From positions 810 through 64,809 of the forward strand of contig CAZTTD010000002.1 in the NCBI GenBank assembly GCA_964616925.1: a stretch of 64,000 nt of DNA. Reading direction: 5' to 3'. Under the pieces are notes generated by a model. That model was not told the origin of the DNA, ran no database searches, and was given only the letters and a program-made list of their open reading frames with translations. Both the position numbers and the translations under genes were made by a program. Below are positions 38,196 to 46,539 of this stretch, piece after piece (the first letter of the stretch is position 1; the number at the start of each line of letters is the position of its first letter). Origin of the DNA: an uncultured Actinomyces sp. (lineage in GTDB: Bacteria > Actinomycetota > Actinomycetes > Actinomycetales > Actinomycetaceae).

Positions 38196-38720
38196 ATGAA
38201 CCTTGATCGACCCATTGCCCCCAACCCGTATGAGATGCTGCCGGACGTTCCCACGTTTGAGGTTCGTTCTGTTGCATTCGAGGACGGAGAGCCACTACCC
38301 GAACTCTGCGCAGGCTCCGGCGGGAACATTTCCCCGGCACTTGAATGGAGCGGCTTCCCGGAGGGCACCAAGAGCTTCATGGTCAACTGCTTCGACCCGG
38401 ATGCTCCCACGCCCGCCGGGTTCTGGCACTGGACGGTTGCCGACCTGCCGACTTCAGTTACATCTTTGGCGGAAAATGCAGGAGAATCCGATGCGACCCT
38501 ACCTGCGGGTTTCCACATGGCCGGGGACGGCGGCGCCTACTCCTACTACGGCCCCTACCCACCGGAGGGCGATAGGCCGCACAGGTATTACTTTGCAGTG
38601 CACGCCCTTGACGTCGACACCTTGGGCCTAGACGCAGAGGCGACACCAACGGTTGTCGCATTCAACGCACTCTTCCACACGATCGGGCGCGCCGTCATCC
38701 ATGGGACCTACCAGAGGTAG
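38196..38720 (+). CDS. YbhB/YbcL family Raf-kinase-inhibitor-like (PEBP) protein
   Basis: DPDAPTPAGFWHW...GPYPPEGDRPHRYYFAVHALD is the PEBP signature. Confidence 0.9.
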   Translation: MNLDRPIAPNPYEMLPDVPTFEVRSVAFEDGEPLPELCAGSGGNISPALEWSGFPEGTKSFMVNCFDPDAPTPAGFWHWTVADLPTSVTSLAENAGESDATLPAGFHMAGDGGAYSYYGPYPPEGDRPHRYYFAVHALDVDTLGLDAEATPTVVAFNALFHTIGRAVIHGTYQR

Positions 38721-38950
38721 TCAATCGCGTTTCGGGTGAGCTCCGCGGCACGGGCACTGGTAATCGGCCTTGCCGTTTGATTCACGTCCCTGATTGTTCG
38801 ATTCTTGCGTCACATCGTTCGACACTCATTGGAGTTGTTGGTTGGCTAGTCGGTTTTTGTGCGCATGACTTGCTGCTCAGTGGCGGCGGGCCTCAAAGTG
38901 CCTGTGGCGCCACCAGTGGATGCTTCGTTCGCGCCCCCGCGGTTACGTCT

Positions 38951-39013
38951 GAAACGTTGGATCGCCGCTATAGCTATGCAACAACGGCGATCTAAAGCGA
39001 CAACGGCGATCTT
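38951..39013. repeat. palindromic repeat family B, copy 2
   Basis: GAAACGTTGGATCGCCGCTATAGCTATGCAACAACGGCGATCTAAAGCGACAACGGCGATCT. Confidence 0.75.
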
Positions 39014-39202
39014 TTGTGTGCGGAGACCCAGTTGGGGCTAAGTCCAAGCTAAGAGCTGACTCGCAAGGGCCCGCCGGGGCCCACAGAACCCTGCAAAGCC
39101 TGATTGGCAACCGGATCAGAGCCGCCCGCCGGTGTTGGGTTGCAGCAAACAGGAAAACGGACAGCAACCAGGGAAACAATCACTGTTTTGAAACAACAAA
39201 CA

Positions 39203-39814
39203 GTCGCTTCACAAAAGGGGCTGTGGGGACCACATAGTTCACGGCTGGCTAATGCCGCAGCGCCTGCGGCGCGCGACTAGCTGGTGGGATGGCCTTGGAA
39301 GTCTTCTTGGGGTGCATATGTCAACGCCGAGTTGGTGCGGCACGGATCAAGTTGGTTCTGGATGGGTCGAGATGGCTCTGTGCGGATCAAGTTGGCTCTA
39401 GATGGGCCAGGATGGCATAGCCATCTTGGGGGTTCGCATGCCATCTTGACTACCTCTGTGGTTGGCATCCGTTTCTTGAGGGCAGATATCGCCAAGTTGG
39501 TTCTGGATGGTTCGAGATGGCTCTGTGCGGATCAAGTTGGCTCTAGATGGGCCAGGATGGCATAGCCATCTTGGGGGTTGGCATGCCATCTTGACTACCT
39601 CTGTGGTTGGCATCCGTTTCTTGAAGGCAGATATCGCCAAGTTGGTTCTGGATGGGTCGAGATGGCTCAGCCATCTCGGGGGTCCGCATGCCATCTTGAC
39701 CATTTCTGTGATTGACCGTGTGCTGCATGCGGTGGGATAGGCACAGATCACCCCCAACTCAAGCAGGCACCGGGCCAACTGGTTTCATCTACAGCCCTTT
39801 ATTATCAAGTGCTC
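39203..39814 (+). mobile_element. MITE-like element, copy 2 (about 610 bp)
   Basis: The left end is GTCGCTTCACAAAAGGGGCTGTGG. The reverse complement of the right end is GAGCACTTGATAATAAAGGGCTGTAG. The interior has three rounds of the module ...GATCAAGTTGGCTCTAGATGGGCC.GGATGGCATAGCCATCTTGGGGGTT.GCATGCCATCTTGAC.... I see no clean TSD. Confidence 0.6.
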
Positions 39815-39840
39815 TTTTTTGAAGCGCGGTTAGGCCTCGC

Positions 39841-40000
39841 GGAGCCGGATGGAGCTGCATGGAGACGCATGGGGCCGTATGGAGCTGCATGGAGCCGGAT
39901 GGAGCTGCATGGAGCCGGATGGAGCTGCATGGAGCCGGATGGAGCTGCATGGAGCTGCATGGAGACGCGCGGAGACGCATGGGGCTGCATGAAGCCGCGG
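39841..40000. repeat. 16 consecutive 10-bp units (GGAGCTGCAT / GGAGCCGGAT and variants)
   Basis: Read directly: every decamer from 39841 to 40000 fits GGRGMNGNRY-like GGAGC(T/C)G(C/G)AT. The array ends 75 bp upstream of the serS ATG. Confidence 0.9.
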
Positions 40001-40074
40001 GATCACCCCACCCATAGAAGTGCGGCAAATCTGCTTCGATAGCCCCGGGGGCATGGGACCGTTAACATGGACCC

Positions 40075-41346
40075 ATGATTGATATGCGTTTTATCCGCGA
40101 AAACCCGCAGGCCGTGAAAGCATCGCAGGTTGCCAGGTTGGAAGACCCCGCAATTGTCGACGCATTGATTGAAGCCGATGAGCTGCGCAGGACTTCCCTC
40201 CAGCAGTTCGAAGCTCTCCGGGCAGAGCAGAAGGTCGTTTCCAAGAACATTGGTCGGGCCGCCCCCGAGGACAGACCTGCCGCACTTGCGGAAGCAAAGA
40301 ACTTGGCGGTGAAGGTTCAGGCTGCGAAGGAGGCAGCGGATGAGGCTGAACAGGCCGCTACCGCCCTCGCAATGCAAATTCCGAACCTGGTTGAAGAAGG
40401 CGCGCCCGCGGGTGACGCCGACGCATTTGAGGTTTTGCGTATTGAAGGACCCAAACCTCGGGACTTCGCGGCCGAAGGTTTCCAGCCCAAGGACCACCTG
40501 GAGTTAGCAGAGGGGCTGCAGGCGATTGACGTGAAGCGCGGCGCTAAGGTATCTGGCTCCCGGTTCTACTACCTGAGCGGAATAGGTGCGCGCCTAGAGC
40601 TTGCCCTGCTGTCCATGGCGGCAGACCAGGCCATCGCTGCGGGCTTTACGCTGCAGATCACGCCCACTTTGGTGAAGCCAGAAATCATGCGTGGCACCGG
40701 TTTCTTGGGTGAGCACGCCGATGAAATCTACTACCTGCCCACAGACGATCTGTACCTGGTTGGGACTTCAGAGGTGGCGCTTGCGGGCTTCCATGAGGGG
40801 GAGATCATCGATCTTTCTAACGGACCGCTTCGTTACGCAGGATGGTCGACCTGCTACAGGCGTGAGGCTGGGGCTGCCGGCCGCGACACCCGCGGGATCA
40901 TTCGTGTGCACCAGTTCAACAAGGTCGAAATGTTCTCCTTCTGCAAGCCGGAAGATGCCCATGAAGAGCACTTGCGGCTGCTGGGGTGGGAGGAAGAGAT
41001 GCTCGCGAAGGTGGAGCTCCCCTACCGCGTAATCGACACGGCGGCAGGTGACCTAGGAACGTCTGCTGCGCGCAAGTACGACTGTGAGGCTTGGCTTCCG
41101 ACGCAAGAGCGTTGGATGGAAGTCACATCGACCTCGAACTGCACCACTTTCCAGGCGCGACGCCTTTCGGTTCGGGAACGGACGGACGGCGGGACGGAGA
41201 CCGTCGCCACGCTCAACGGTACGTTGGCCACAACGCGTTGGCTGGTGGCGATGCTGGAGAACCATCAGAACGAGGACGGCAGCGTGAATGTCCCGAAAGC
41301 CCTCCAGCCATACCTGGGTGGCTTGAAAGTGATGAAGCCGCAGTGA
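40075..41346 (+). CDS. serS: serine--tRNA ligase
   Basis: 423-aa ORF with an N-terminal coiled-coil arm and class II motifs (FRRE-type ...TCYRREAG..., GTLATTR). Confidence 0.95.
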   Translation: MIDMRFIRENPQAVKASQVARLEDPAIVDALIEADELRRTSLQQFEALRAEQKVVSKNIGRAAPEDRPAALAEAKNLAVKVQAAKEAADEAEQAATALAMQIPNLVEEGAPAGDADAFEVLRIEGPKPRDFAAEGFQPKDHLELAEGLQAIDVKRGAKVSGSRFYYLSGIGARLELALLSMAADQAIAAGFTLQITPTLVKPEIMRGTGFLGEHADEIYYLPTDDLYLVGTSEVALAGFHEGEIIDLSNGPLRYAGWSTCYRREAGAAGRDTRGIIRVHQFNKVEMFSFCKPEDAHEEHLRLLGWEEEMLAKVELPYRVIDTAAGDLGTSAARKYDCEAWLPTQERWMEVTSTSNCTTFQARRLSVRERTDGGTETVATLNGTLATTRWLVAMLENHQNEDGSVNVPKALQPYLGGLKVMKPQ

Positions 41347-42287
41347 GCCAAGGTTTTGGCGCTCTGTCCGCGCATATGCCCCCCAGCTTGATTACGCCAC
41401 CTCCGCAGAGGGGCGAGGGCGTTCCGTACGGCCAGCAGGTGGAAAACGCGGCGCGCGCTCTACCGGCCACGTTGCCCGAGGATCCGCGGAAGGTGATGGT
41501 CGCCCTCGACGTCGATGGGACGTTGCTGACGGCAGAAGGCGCCTCCAAAAACGTCTATCGGACGGTGAACTCTGCGATTGAGGCGGGACTCAACATAGTC
41601 ATCGCGACCGGTCGCGGGCTGAGTGCGACGAAGCCGGTGTTTGAGGAGCTCGGTATGTCGCCCGGTTTCTCCGTCTCTTCGAATGGTGCCCAGATTGTTC
41701 TGTGGGAGCGCGCGGCTGACGGGCGGCACGTCTATACCAAATTGAAGGAGACGTTCTTCGATCCCAGGCGCGCTGCCGAGGCGATCTTGAGCGCAGTCCC
41801 CGACGCAATAATCGCAACTGACGACGGACACGACACCATGCGTGTCAGCAACCTGTTCCCGCCGGGGGAGCTGGCTTCGATTCAGGATCTGCAAGAGCTG
41901 GAGCATCTGCTGGCGGAACCGACGATACGCCTGATTGCGAGGGCGCCTGCGATGGAACGCGAAGCCTTTGCGGATGCACTTGCCAAAGTCGACCTGTCAG
42001 ATGTTGAGTGCGCGGTCGGTTGGACGTCATGGGCTGACGTGACGGCGTTGGGCACAACGAAAGCGCAGGGGCTTGGCGTGCTGACGGAACAGCTGGGGGT
42101 CGACCCAACGGGCACCATCGCGATAGGTGACGGCACGAACGACATAGCCATGCTGCGGTGGGCGGCCCACGGGGTTGCTATGGGAGGCGCGACGCCAGAC
42201 GTCGTTGAGGCGGCCAACGCGACGACGGGCGCCGTCGATCACGATGGCGCGGCGGCGGTTCTGGAGGCGCTGCTGCAACGGTACTGA
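41343..42287 (+). CDS. Cof-type HAD-IIB family hydrolase
   Basis: [10 protein letters not shown] (motif I), ATGRG and [10 protein letters not shown] motifs. The start is either GTG 41343 (GTGA overlap with the serS stop) or ATG 41376. Confidence 0.8.
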   Translation: MSQGFGALSAHMPPSLITPPPQRGEGVPYGQQVENAARALPATLPEDPRKVMVALDVDGTLLTAEGASKNVYRTVNSAIEAGLNIVIATGRGLSATKPVFEELGMSPGFSVSSNGAQIVLWERAADGRHVYTKLKETFFDPRRAAEAILSAVPDAIIATDDGHDTMRVSNLFPPGELASIQDLQELEHLLAEPTIRLIARAPAMEREAFADALAKVDLSDVECAVGWTSWADVTALGTTKAQGLGVLTEQLGVDPTGTIAIGDGTNDIAMLRWAAHGVAMGGATPDVVEAANATTGAVDHDGAAAVLEALLQRY

Positions 42288-42410
42288 GTGGACGGTGACA
42301 AGTCGCCCTCGCCCTCGCCATGACATTTGGGAGTGGCGGAGCGGACTATGATTGGGCGGTGACCCGCTTTGGCGGGGTGGAACTGTTGTCGAGGGCGCCA
42401 AGGCGGGGAC

Positions 42411-43805
42411 ATGGGCTGGTTAGATTCGATAGAGCACAACCGATGGCTATCGCGAAACACGCAGGAGCTGCTGGAACACGGCCACGCTGCCTGGGCACCA
42501 ACCGGCTACGGCTACTTCCGGCCCGACGGGCGCCTTGATACGGATAGGCCGATCGACCTGGCCATTACGGCTCGGATGACCTTTGCGTTTTCGCTGGGCG
42601 TCTTGATGGGTATTCCGGGCAGTCGGCGGTACTGCGACCACGGGATCCGCTGCATGCAGACCTACTTCCGTGACCGGGAGTACGGCGGGTGGTTCACCGC
42701 GATTGAGCACGACCCAAATGAGGACGGACATGGGGTTCCGTGGCCGGATGATGGTGCAGTGAAGTGGCAGTATGCCCACTCTTTCCTGATCCTGGCGGCC
42801 GCGACAGCTACGAACGCGAACCGGCCGGGCGCGCATGAGCTGCTGAATGACGCATTGGCTGACCAGCTGGCCCACTGGTATGACCCGGAGACGGGGAAGA
42901 CCTACGACAGGTTCCTGCGGGACTGGTCCAGGAGTGAACCGTACAGGGGGATGAACTCCCTTATGCACACGGTTGAGGCGTACTTGGCGGCGTCGGAGGC
43001 CATTCAGGAGGTCGACTGGATCCACCGCGCGCAGGGGATGTTGGAGTTCGCGTATGCGGAGGCCAGTCACCATAACTGGCGCGTGCCGGAGCATCATGAT
43101 GAGAACTGGAGGCCGCTGCTCGACTTCAACAAGGACGATCCGAATGAGCCGTACTATCCGTACGGATTCGTCGTGGGCCACGGGATGGAGTTGGCGCGTC
43201 TGGGCGTCCAGTTGCGCGCGGCTTTGCGGGAAGAGGGGATGGCGGAGGCGACGTTCTTGCGCTACGGCCCCCAAGAGCTATTTGAGCGGGCCCGCAAGGA
43301 CGGATGGCGCAGAAATGGGCAGCCGGGCTTCCTTTACACCGTGGACTTCGAAGGGTCACCGGTGTTGAGTGAGCGGTTGCAATGGGTCCAATCAGAGGGC
43401 GTGTGCGCCGCAGTCGCCCTTCGCCGCGCCATTTTGGACGACGGTGGACACGCGGGGGACGTGGAGTTGTATGAGCACTCCTACCACTCCTGGATCGACT
43501 ACCTGAACGACTACATGATGCTGGAGCCGGGCGTGATGGCCCGCCAACTGGACCCCGACAACGAGCCGATGGAGGGCACAATTTCGTCCCGCCCGGACAT
43601 TTACCACACGATTCAGGCGTTCCTGATTGGGAGGGTGCCGTTGTGGCCGCCCATGGGTGCGGCTTTGGCGCGCGGGTTGCTGGACAAGCCGCAGGGCGCA
43701 CCGATCCGACCGCGGGGTAGGAGAGGGCGTAGGGAGGAGCGGGACGCCAAGCCGTTCTTCAGCTGGAAACAGGAACCGCGCGGGACAAACCAGTTTGGCG
43801 CGTAA
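42411..43805 (+). CDS. AGE family epimerase/isomerase (N-acylglucosamine 2-epimerase superfamily)
   Basis: About 465-aa ORF with an alpha/alpha-barrel repeat pattern (YAHSFLILAAA, HTVEAYL, GHGMEL, LQWVQSEG). Confidence 0.7.
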   Translation: MGWLDSIEHNRWLSRNTQELLEHGHAAWAPTGYGYFRPDGRLDTDRPIDLAITARMTFAFSLGVLMGIPGSRRYCDHGIRCMQTYFRDREYGGWFTAIEHDPNEDGHGVPWPDDGAVKWQYAHSFLILAAATATNANRPGAHELLNDALADQLAHWYDPETGKTYDRFLRDWSRSEPYRGMNSLMHTVEAYLAASEAIQEVDWIHRAQGMLEFAYAEASHHNWRVPEHHDENWRPLLDFNKDDPNEPYYPYGFVVGHGMELARLGVQLRAALREEGMAEATFLRYGPQELFERARKDGWRRNGQPGFLYTVDFEGSPVLSERLQWVQSEGVCAAVALRRAILDDGGHAGDVELYEHSYHSWIDYLNDYMMLEPGVMARQLDPDNEPMEGTISSRPDIYHTIQAFLIGRVPLWPPMGAALARGLLDKPQGAPIRPRGRRGRREERDAKPFFSWKQEPRGTNQFGA

Positions 43806-43926
43806 GGGGCGACCGTCGCTTCGGTTTCCTTCGGTTCGTTTCGGTTTTGTTTAGGGGCGAGGGCGGTTTTTGTCACAGCCCACGTTTATCTTCGAGGCCG
43901 CGGTCGCGCGGTACAATGTAGGTTCT

Positions 43927-44013
43927 GGAGGGCTGACCGAGTGGCCGAAGGTGTTGGTCTTGAAAACCAATGTGTCAGCAATGGCACCAAGGGTTCGAAT
44001 CCCTTGCCCTCCG
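43927..44013 (+). tRNA. tRNA-Ser (anticodon UGA)
   Basis: Acceptor GGAGGGC/GCCCTCC. Anticodon arm TTGGT-CTTGAAA-ACCAA. Long variable arm. T-arm AAGGG-TTCGAAT-CCCTT. Discriminator G. CCA is not encoded. Confidence 0.9.
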
Positions 44014-44020
44014 CCCATAG

Positions 44021-44051
44021 CCCCGGTAATCGTTGAGATACCGGGGTTTTT
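44021..44051 (+). terminator. intrinsic terminator after tRNA-Ser(UGA)
   Basis: CCCCGGTA-loop-TACCGGGG followed by TTTTT. Confidence 0.75.
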
Positions 44052-44128
44052 CGTTGCAATGACGCGGGAAACTCTTTTGGCAGCTTCTGCTCGTCCTCGC
44101 CGTAAGCGCCCCCAAAGTAGCCATAACC

Positions 44129-44437
44129 GGCGCTTCTGTAAGGGGTTGTAGATGAAACCAGTTGGGCCGGTGCCTGCTTAAGTTGGACGCGAGCTGCGCC
44201 TTATACGCAGCCTGTAGCACACGGTCAACCACAGAAGTAGTCAAGATGGCATGCCAACCCCCAAGATGGCTACGCCATCTTGGCCCCTCTAGAGCCAACT
44301 TGGCGTTGACATCCGCGCCCCAAGAAGACTTCCAGGGCCATCCCACTAGTTGGCCGGGCGCCACTGGCGATGAGGCATTAGCCAGCCGTGAATTATCGTG
44401 AATCATGTGGTCCGCACAGCCCCTTTTGTGAAGCGCC
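44129..44437 (-). mobile_element. MITE-like element, copy 3 (about 309 bp, inverted relative to copies 1 and 2)
   Basis: The termini are GGCGCTTCTGTAAGGGGTTGTAG... and ...CACAGCCCCTTTTGTGAAGCGCC, with a perfect 8-bp terminal IR GGCGCTTC. The element is flanked by the direct repeat CCATAACC (44121-44128 and 44438-44445). It contains one GATGGC(G/A)TAGCCATCTTGGGGGTTGGCATGCCATCTTGAC module. Confidence 0.8.
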
Positions 44438-44575
44438 CCATAACCGTCCAAGAATCGCCAGTTTTTGCGTGGGTTTAGGACAGCAGTAGGAGCCCTGTAG
44501 GCGCCTGGTAGGCAGCCGGGCAGACACTAGGCAGACTCCGGTCGGTATCTGCCTAGTTAGATGGTTTTGACTGAG

Positions 44576-44656
44576 ACTATCGAAGGACGTGGCTAACTAT
44601 CGAAGGTTGTTCCCGGGCACAAGTATCGATAATCGACCACAACCTTCGATAGTTTG
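44576..44656. repeat. inverted-repeat element family C, copy 1
   Basis: CTATCGAAGGACGTGGCTAACTATCGAAGGTTGTTCCCGGGCACAAGTATCGATAATCGACCACAACCTTCGATAGTTT, with arms AAACTATCGAAGGTTGT / ACAACCTTCGATAGTTT. A homologous copy lies at 55930. Confidence 0.8.
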
Positions 44657-44837
44657 CGTTGGCCTCACGGTTGGTCATCGCGATTCCCCTTTTTCCCGTA
44701 TTTGTCAGGCTTTTCCGTGCGACGGCCGTGCGACGGAGGGTGCACCGTAATGGGCATTTTCTCTGGCCAGTACGCGGGTCAAGTCGACCCAACCGGCAGC
44801 CGAGCGACACAAACGGTGGCAACCCAAGAACCCCGGA

Positions 44838-45857
44838 CTACATCACAGGTTGTGAAGCGGCGCCTTTCTTCTTCTTTGCGGACCAAATGTACACGCCAAG
44901 CCCGGCGCCCAAGGAGATGATCGCAACGATTATCGCGCCTCCCGCTACGCCCTGCACAGCTGTCGTGAGCGGATCCGAAAGGTAGGTCCAGACTTGTGCG
45001 GTGACTGCCGCGGCCTCGCCCTCGACAAGAACCCTGAAGTTGTCTTCCCCGATCTGGGGCACTGCGCGCCAGAGGAACGCGCTGGTGAGGAACGTAGCCA
45101 ACGCGCCTATGCCCAAAACAAAGAGTCTCTTCGGCGCCAAAACAAGCGCCAGCAGCGCAAATGCGACCGCGGACCAAGTCATCCACTGCTCAGACTGCTG
45201 GGCCAAGTCGTAGTAGCGTTGCATCTCCGCCAAGTTGGTTACTTCGACGATTGGAACGAGGGCGTCGACGGTGGGAATGTACTCCGCCCACCACTCGCCC
45301 TCGTCAAGTAGGGAGCTGCGAAGCGTCGCGATCAGTGGGGCAACGTTAATCTCAAGCGTCGATGACGTCGCAGAAGCCGCCGACTTGTTCTCCATCAGAG
45401 CCACGAACTGTCCGTGTGTCTCCCTGACGGCTGCATCCCAGACAGGAGGGAAATTGGGTCCTTGAACGAACGCCAGGGTTTGCTGCTGGACAACACTGGC
45501 AATGCTGTCTGCCAGCGCTGTGCCCGGACTGTCCAGGGCAGAACCCAGGTTCAGATCTATTGGAAGCGAATCTAAGAGGCTTCCAAATCCACTGGCCAAC
45601 GTGTTGATGGTCCCGACCGGAAGGTTCTCTTCTACCAACACGGTCGTCTGTTGTGCCGCGCTGGTCGCCAAGAAGTTCTGGAACTTAACGTTTTCGGATA
45701 GTGGAGAGAGAAGCTCAACTACCCGCTCCGTGTTCAGTATCGTGTTCTTCATCCAGTGGGCCGCCGTGGTCGCAGGTATAGAAAAGGCTGCGAGCAGCGC
45801 AAATATAACCGCTCCGATCCACCTAGCGACCAGAATTCCGGTGCTTTGCTGTTTCAT
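44838..45857 (-). CDS. hypothetical membrane protein (N-terminal TM, soluble middle, 3-4 C-terminal TMs)
   Basis: Starts at the ATG at 45855-45857 (MKQQSTG...), preceded by GAGAGGGG. I recognise no family. Confidence 0.6.
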   Translation of the reverse strand: MKQQSTGILVARWIGAVIFALLAAFSIPATTAAHWMKNTILNTERVVELLSPLSENVKFQNFLATSAAQQTTVLVEENLPVGTINTLASGFGSLLDSLPIDLNLGSALDSPGTALADSIASVVQQQTLAFVQGPNFPPVWDAAVRETHGQFVALMENKSAASATSSTLEINVAPLIATLRSSLLDEGEWWAEYIPTVDALVPIVEVTNLAEMQRYYDLAQQSEQWMTWSAVAFALLALVLAPKRLFVLGIGALATFLTSAFLWRAVPQIGEDNFRVLVEGEAAAVTAQVWTYLSDPLTTAVQGVAGGAIIVAIISLGAGLGVYIWSAKKKKGAASQPVM

Positions 45858-45942
45858 GGCAGCCCCTCTCAGATGTGAACTAGGCGCTGTTTGGCCGCTC
45901 AATTGGAATGTACCCAGTGTAGGCAAGTATCATAGTTGTGCT

Positions 45943-46031
45943 GGAGCCGTCGCATAGCCAGGTCGAGTGCGCCTCCCTGCTAAGGAGGTAGGGATTCACG
46001 TCCCTCGAGGGTTCAAATCCCTCCGGCTCCG
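45943..46031 (+). tRNA. tRNA-Ser (anticodon GCU)
   Basis: Acceptor GGAGCCG/CGGCTCC. Anticodon arm CCTCC-CTGCTAA-GGAGG. Long variable arm. T-arm GAGGG-TTCAAAT-CCCTC. Confidence 0.9.
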
Positions 46032-46040
46032 CAATGCAAA

Positions 46041-46077
46041 ATGGGGAGTGGTCTGAAAAGGCCACTCTCCATTTTTG
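46041..46077 (+). terminator. intrinsic terminator after tRNA-Ser(GCU)
   Basis: 13-bp stem ATGGGGAGTGGTC / GGCCACTCTCCAT with loop TGAAAA, followed by TTTTGT. Confidence 0.8.
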
Positions 46078-46142
46078 TATGCAGGTCTCTCCGGGCTGCG
46101 GAAGGCAGGCAATCGGGGTTGGTGCTTGGGTAAGCTCTGACT

Positions 46143-46535
46143 ATGTCCGTCGATGAACATGAGGCACACCCCGACGGCGCGCGCTGGCGTCGCAAAGGAT
46201 TGGTGTGGGCGTGGCCGATTACGGAAAGCATTGAGTGGGTAACACCGCGCGGTGACCACCTCTTTGGGTCCGTAGGGGATTGGTATGTGGTGTCGGAAGA
46301 TGGTTCGATGCGCACCGTTTCAGATTCAGCCTTCACCCAGAGCTATACGCATATAGAAAAGCAGGTGTACCGAAGGACTGGTGAGATCCGGGCTCGGCAG
46401 GTCTTCGTTCGGACTCCAGTCCCTACTCTGGAGGGCTCAGCTCACGCTGAGCCCGGAGACTGGGTAGCAACCGATGCTCTGGGAAATCGCTGGCCAATAC
46501 CAGCGGAAGTATTCGCAACGCTTTACGGACGGTAG
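46143..46535 (+). CDS. small soluble protein, PGDYG-like (two GDW-V beta-hairpin repeats)
   Basis: 130-aa ORF. GSVGDWYVVSEDG and EPGDWVATDALGNRWPIPAEVFATLY resemble the PGDYG domain (from memory; low certainty). Confidence 0.5.
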   Translation: MSVDEHEAHPDGARWRRKGLVWAWPITESIEWVTPRGDHLFGSVGDWYVVSEDGSMRTVSDSAFTQSYTHIEKQVYRRTGEIRARQVFVRTPVPTLEGSAHAEPGDWVATDALGNRWPIPAEVFATLYGR

Positions 46536-46539
46536 GACA

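Noticed and set aside
39789-40054. ORFs of 61-79 aa on both strands (MELHGAGWSCMEPDGAAW... and similar)
   Set aside because: They are artefacts of the 10-bp repeat array, which stays open in several frames.
39815-40074. T-box leader for serS
   Set aside because: I could find no specifier-loop or T-box (UGGNACCGCG-like) sequence, and no terminator/antiterminator alternative.
41091-41342. 5' extension of the HAD hydrolase ORF
   Set aside because: It lies entirely within serS in another frame. A start at 41343 or 41376 is sufficient.
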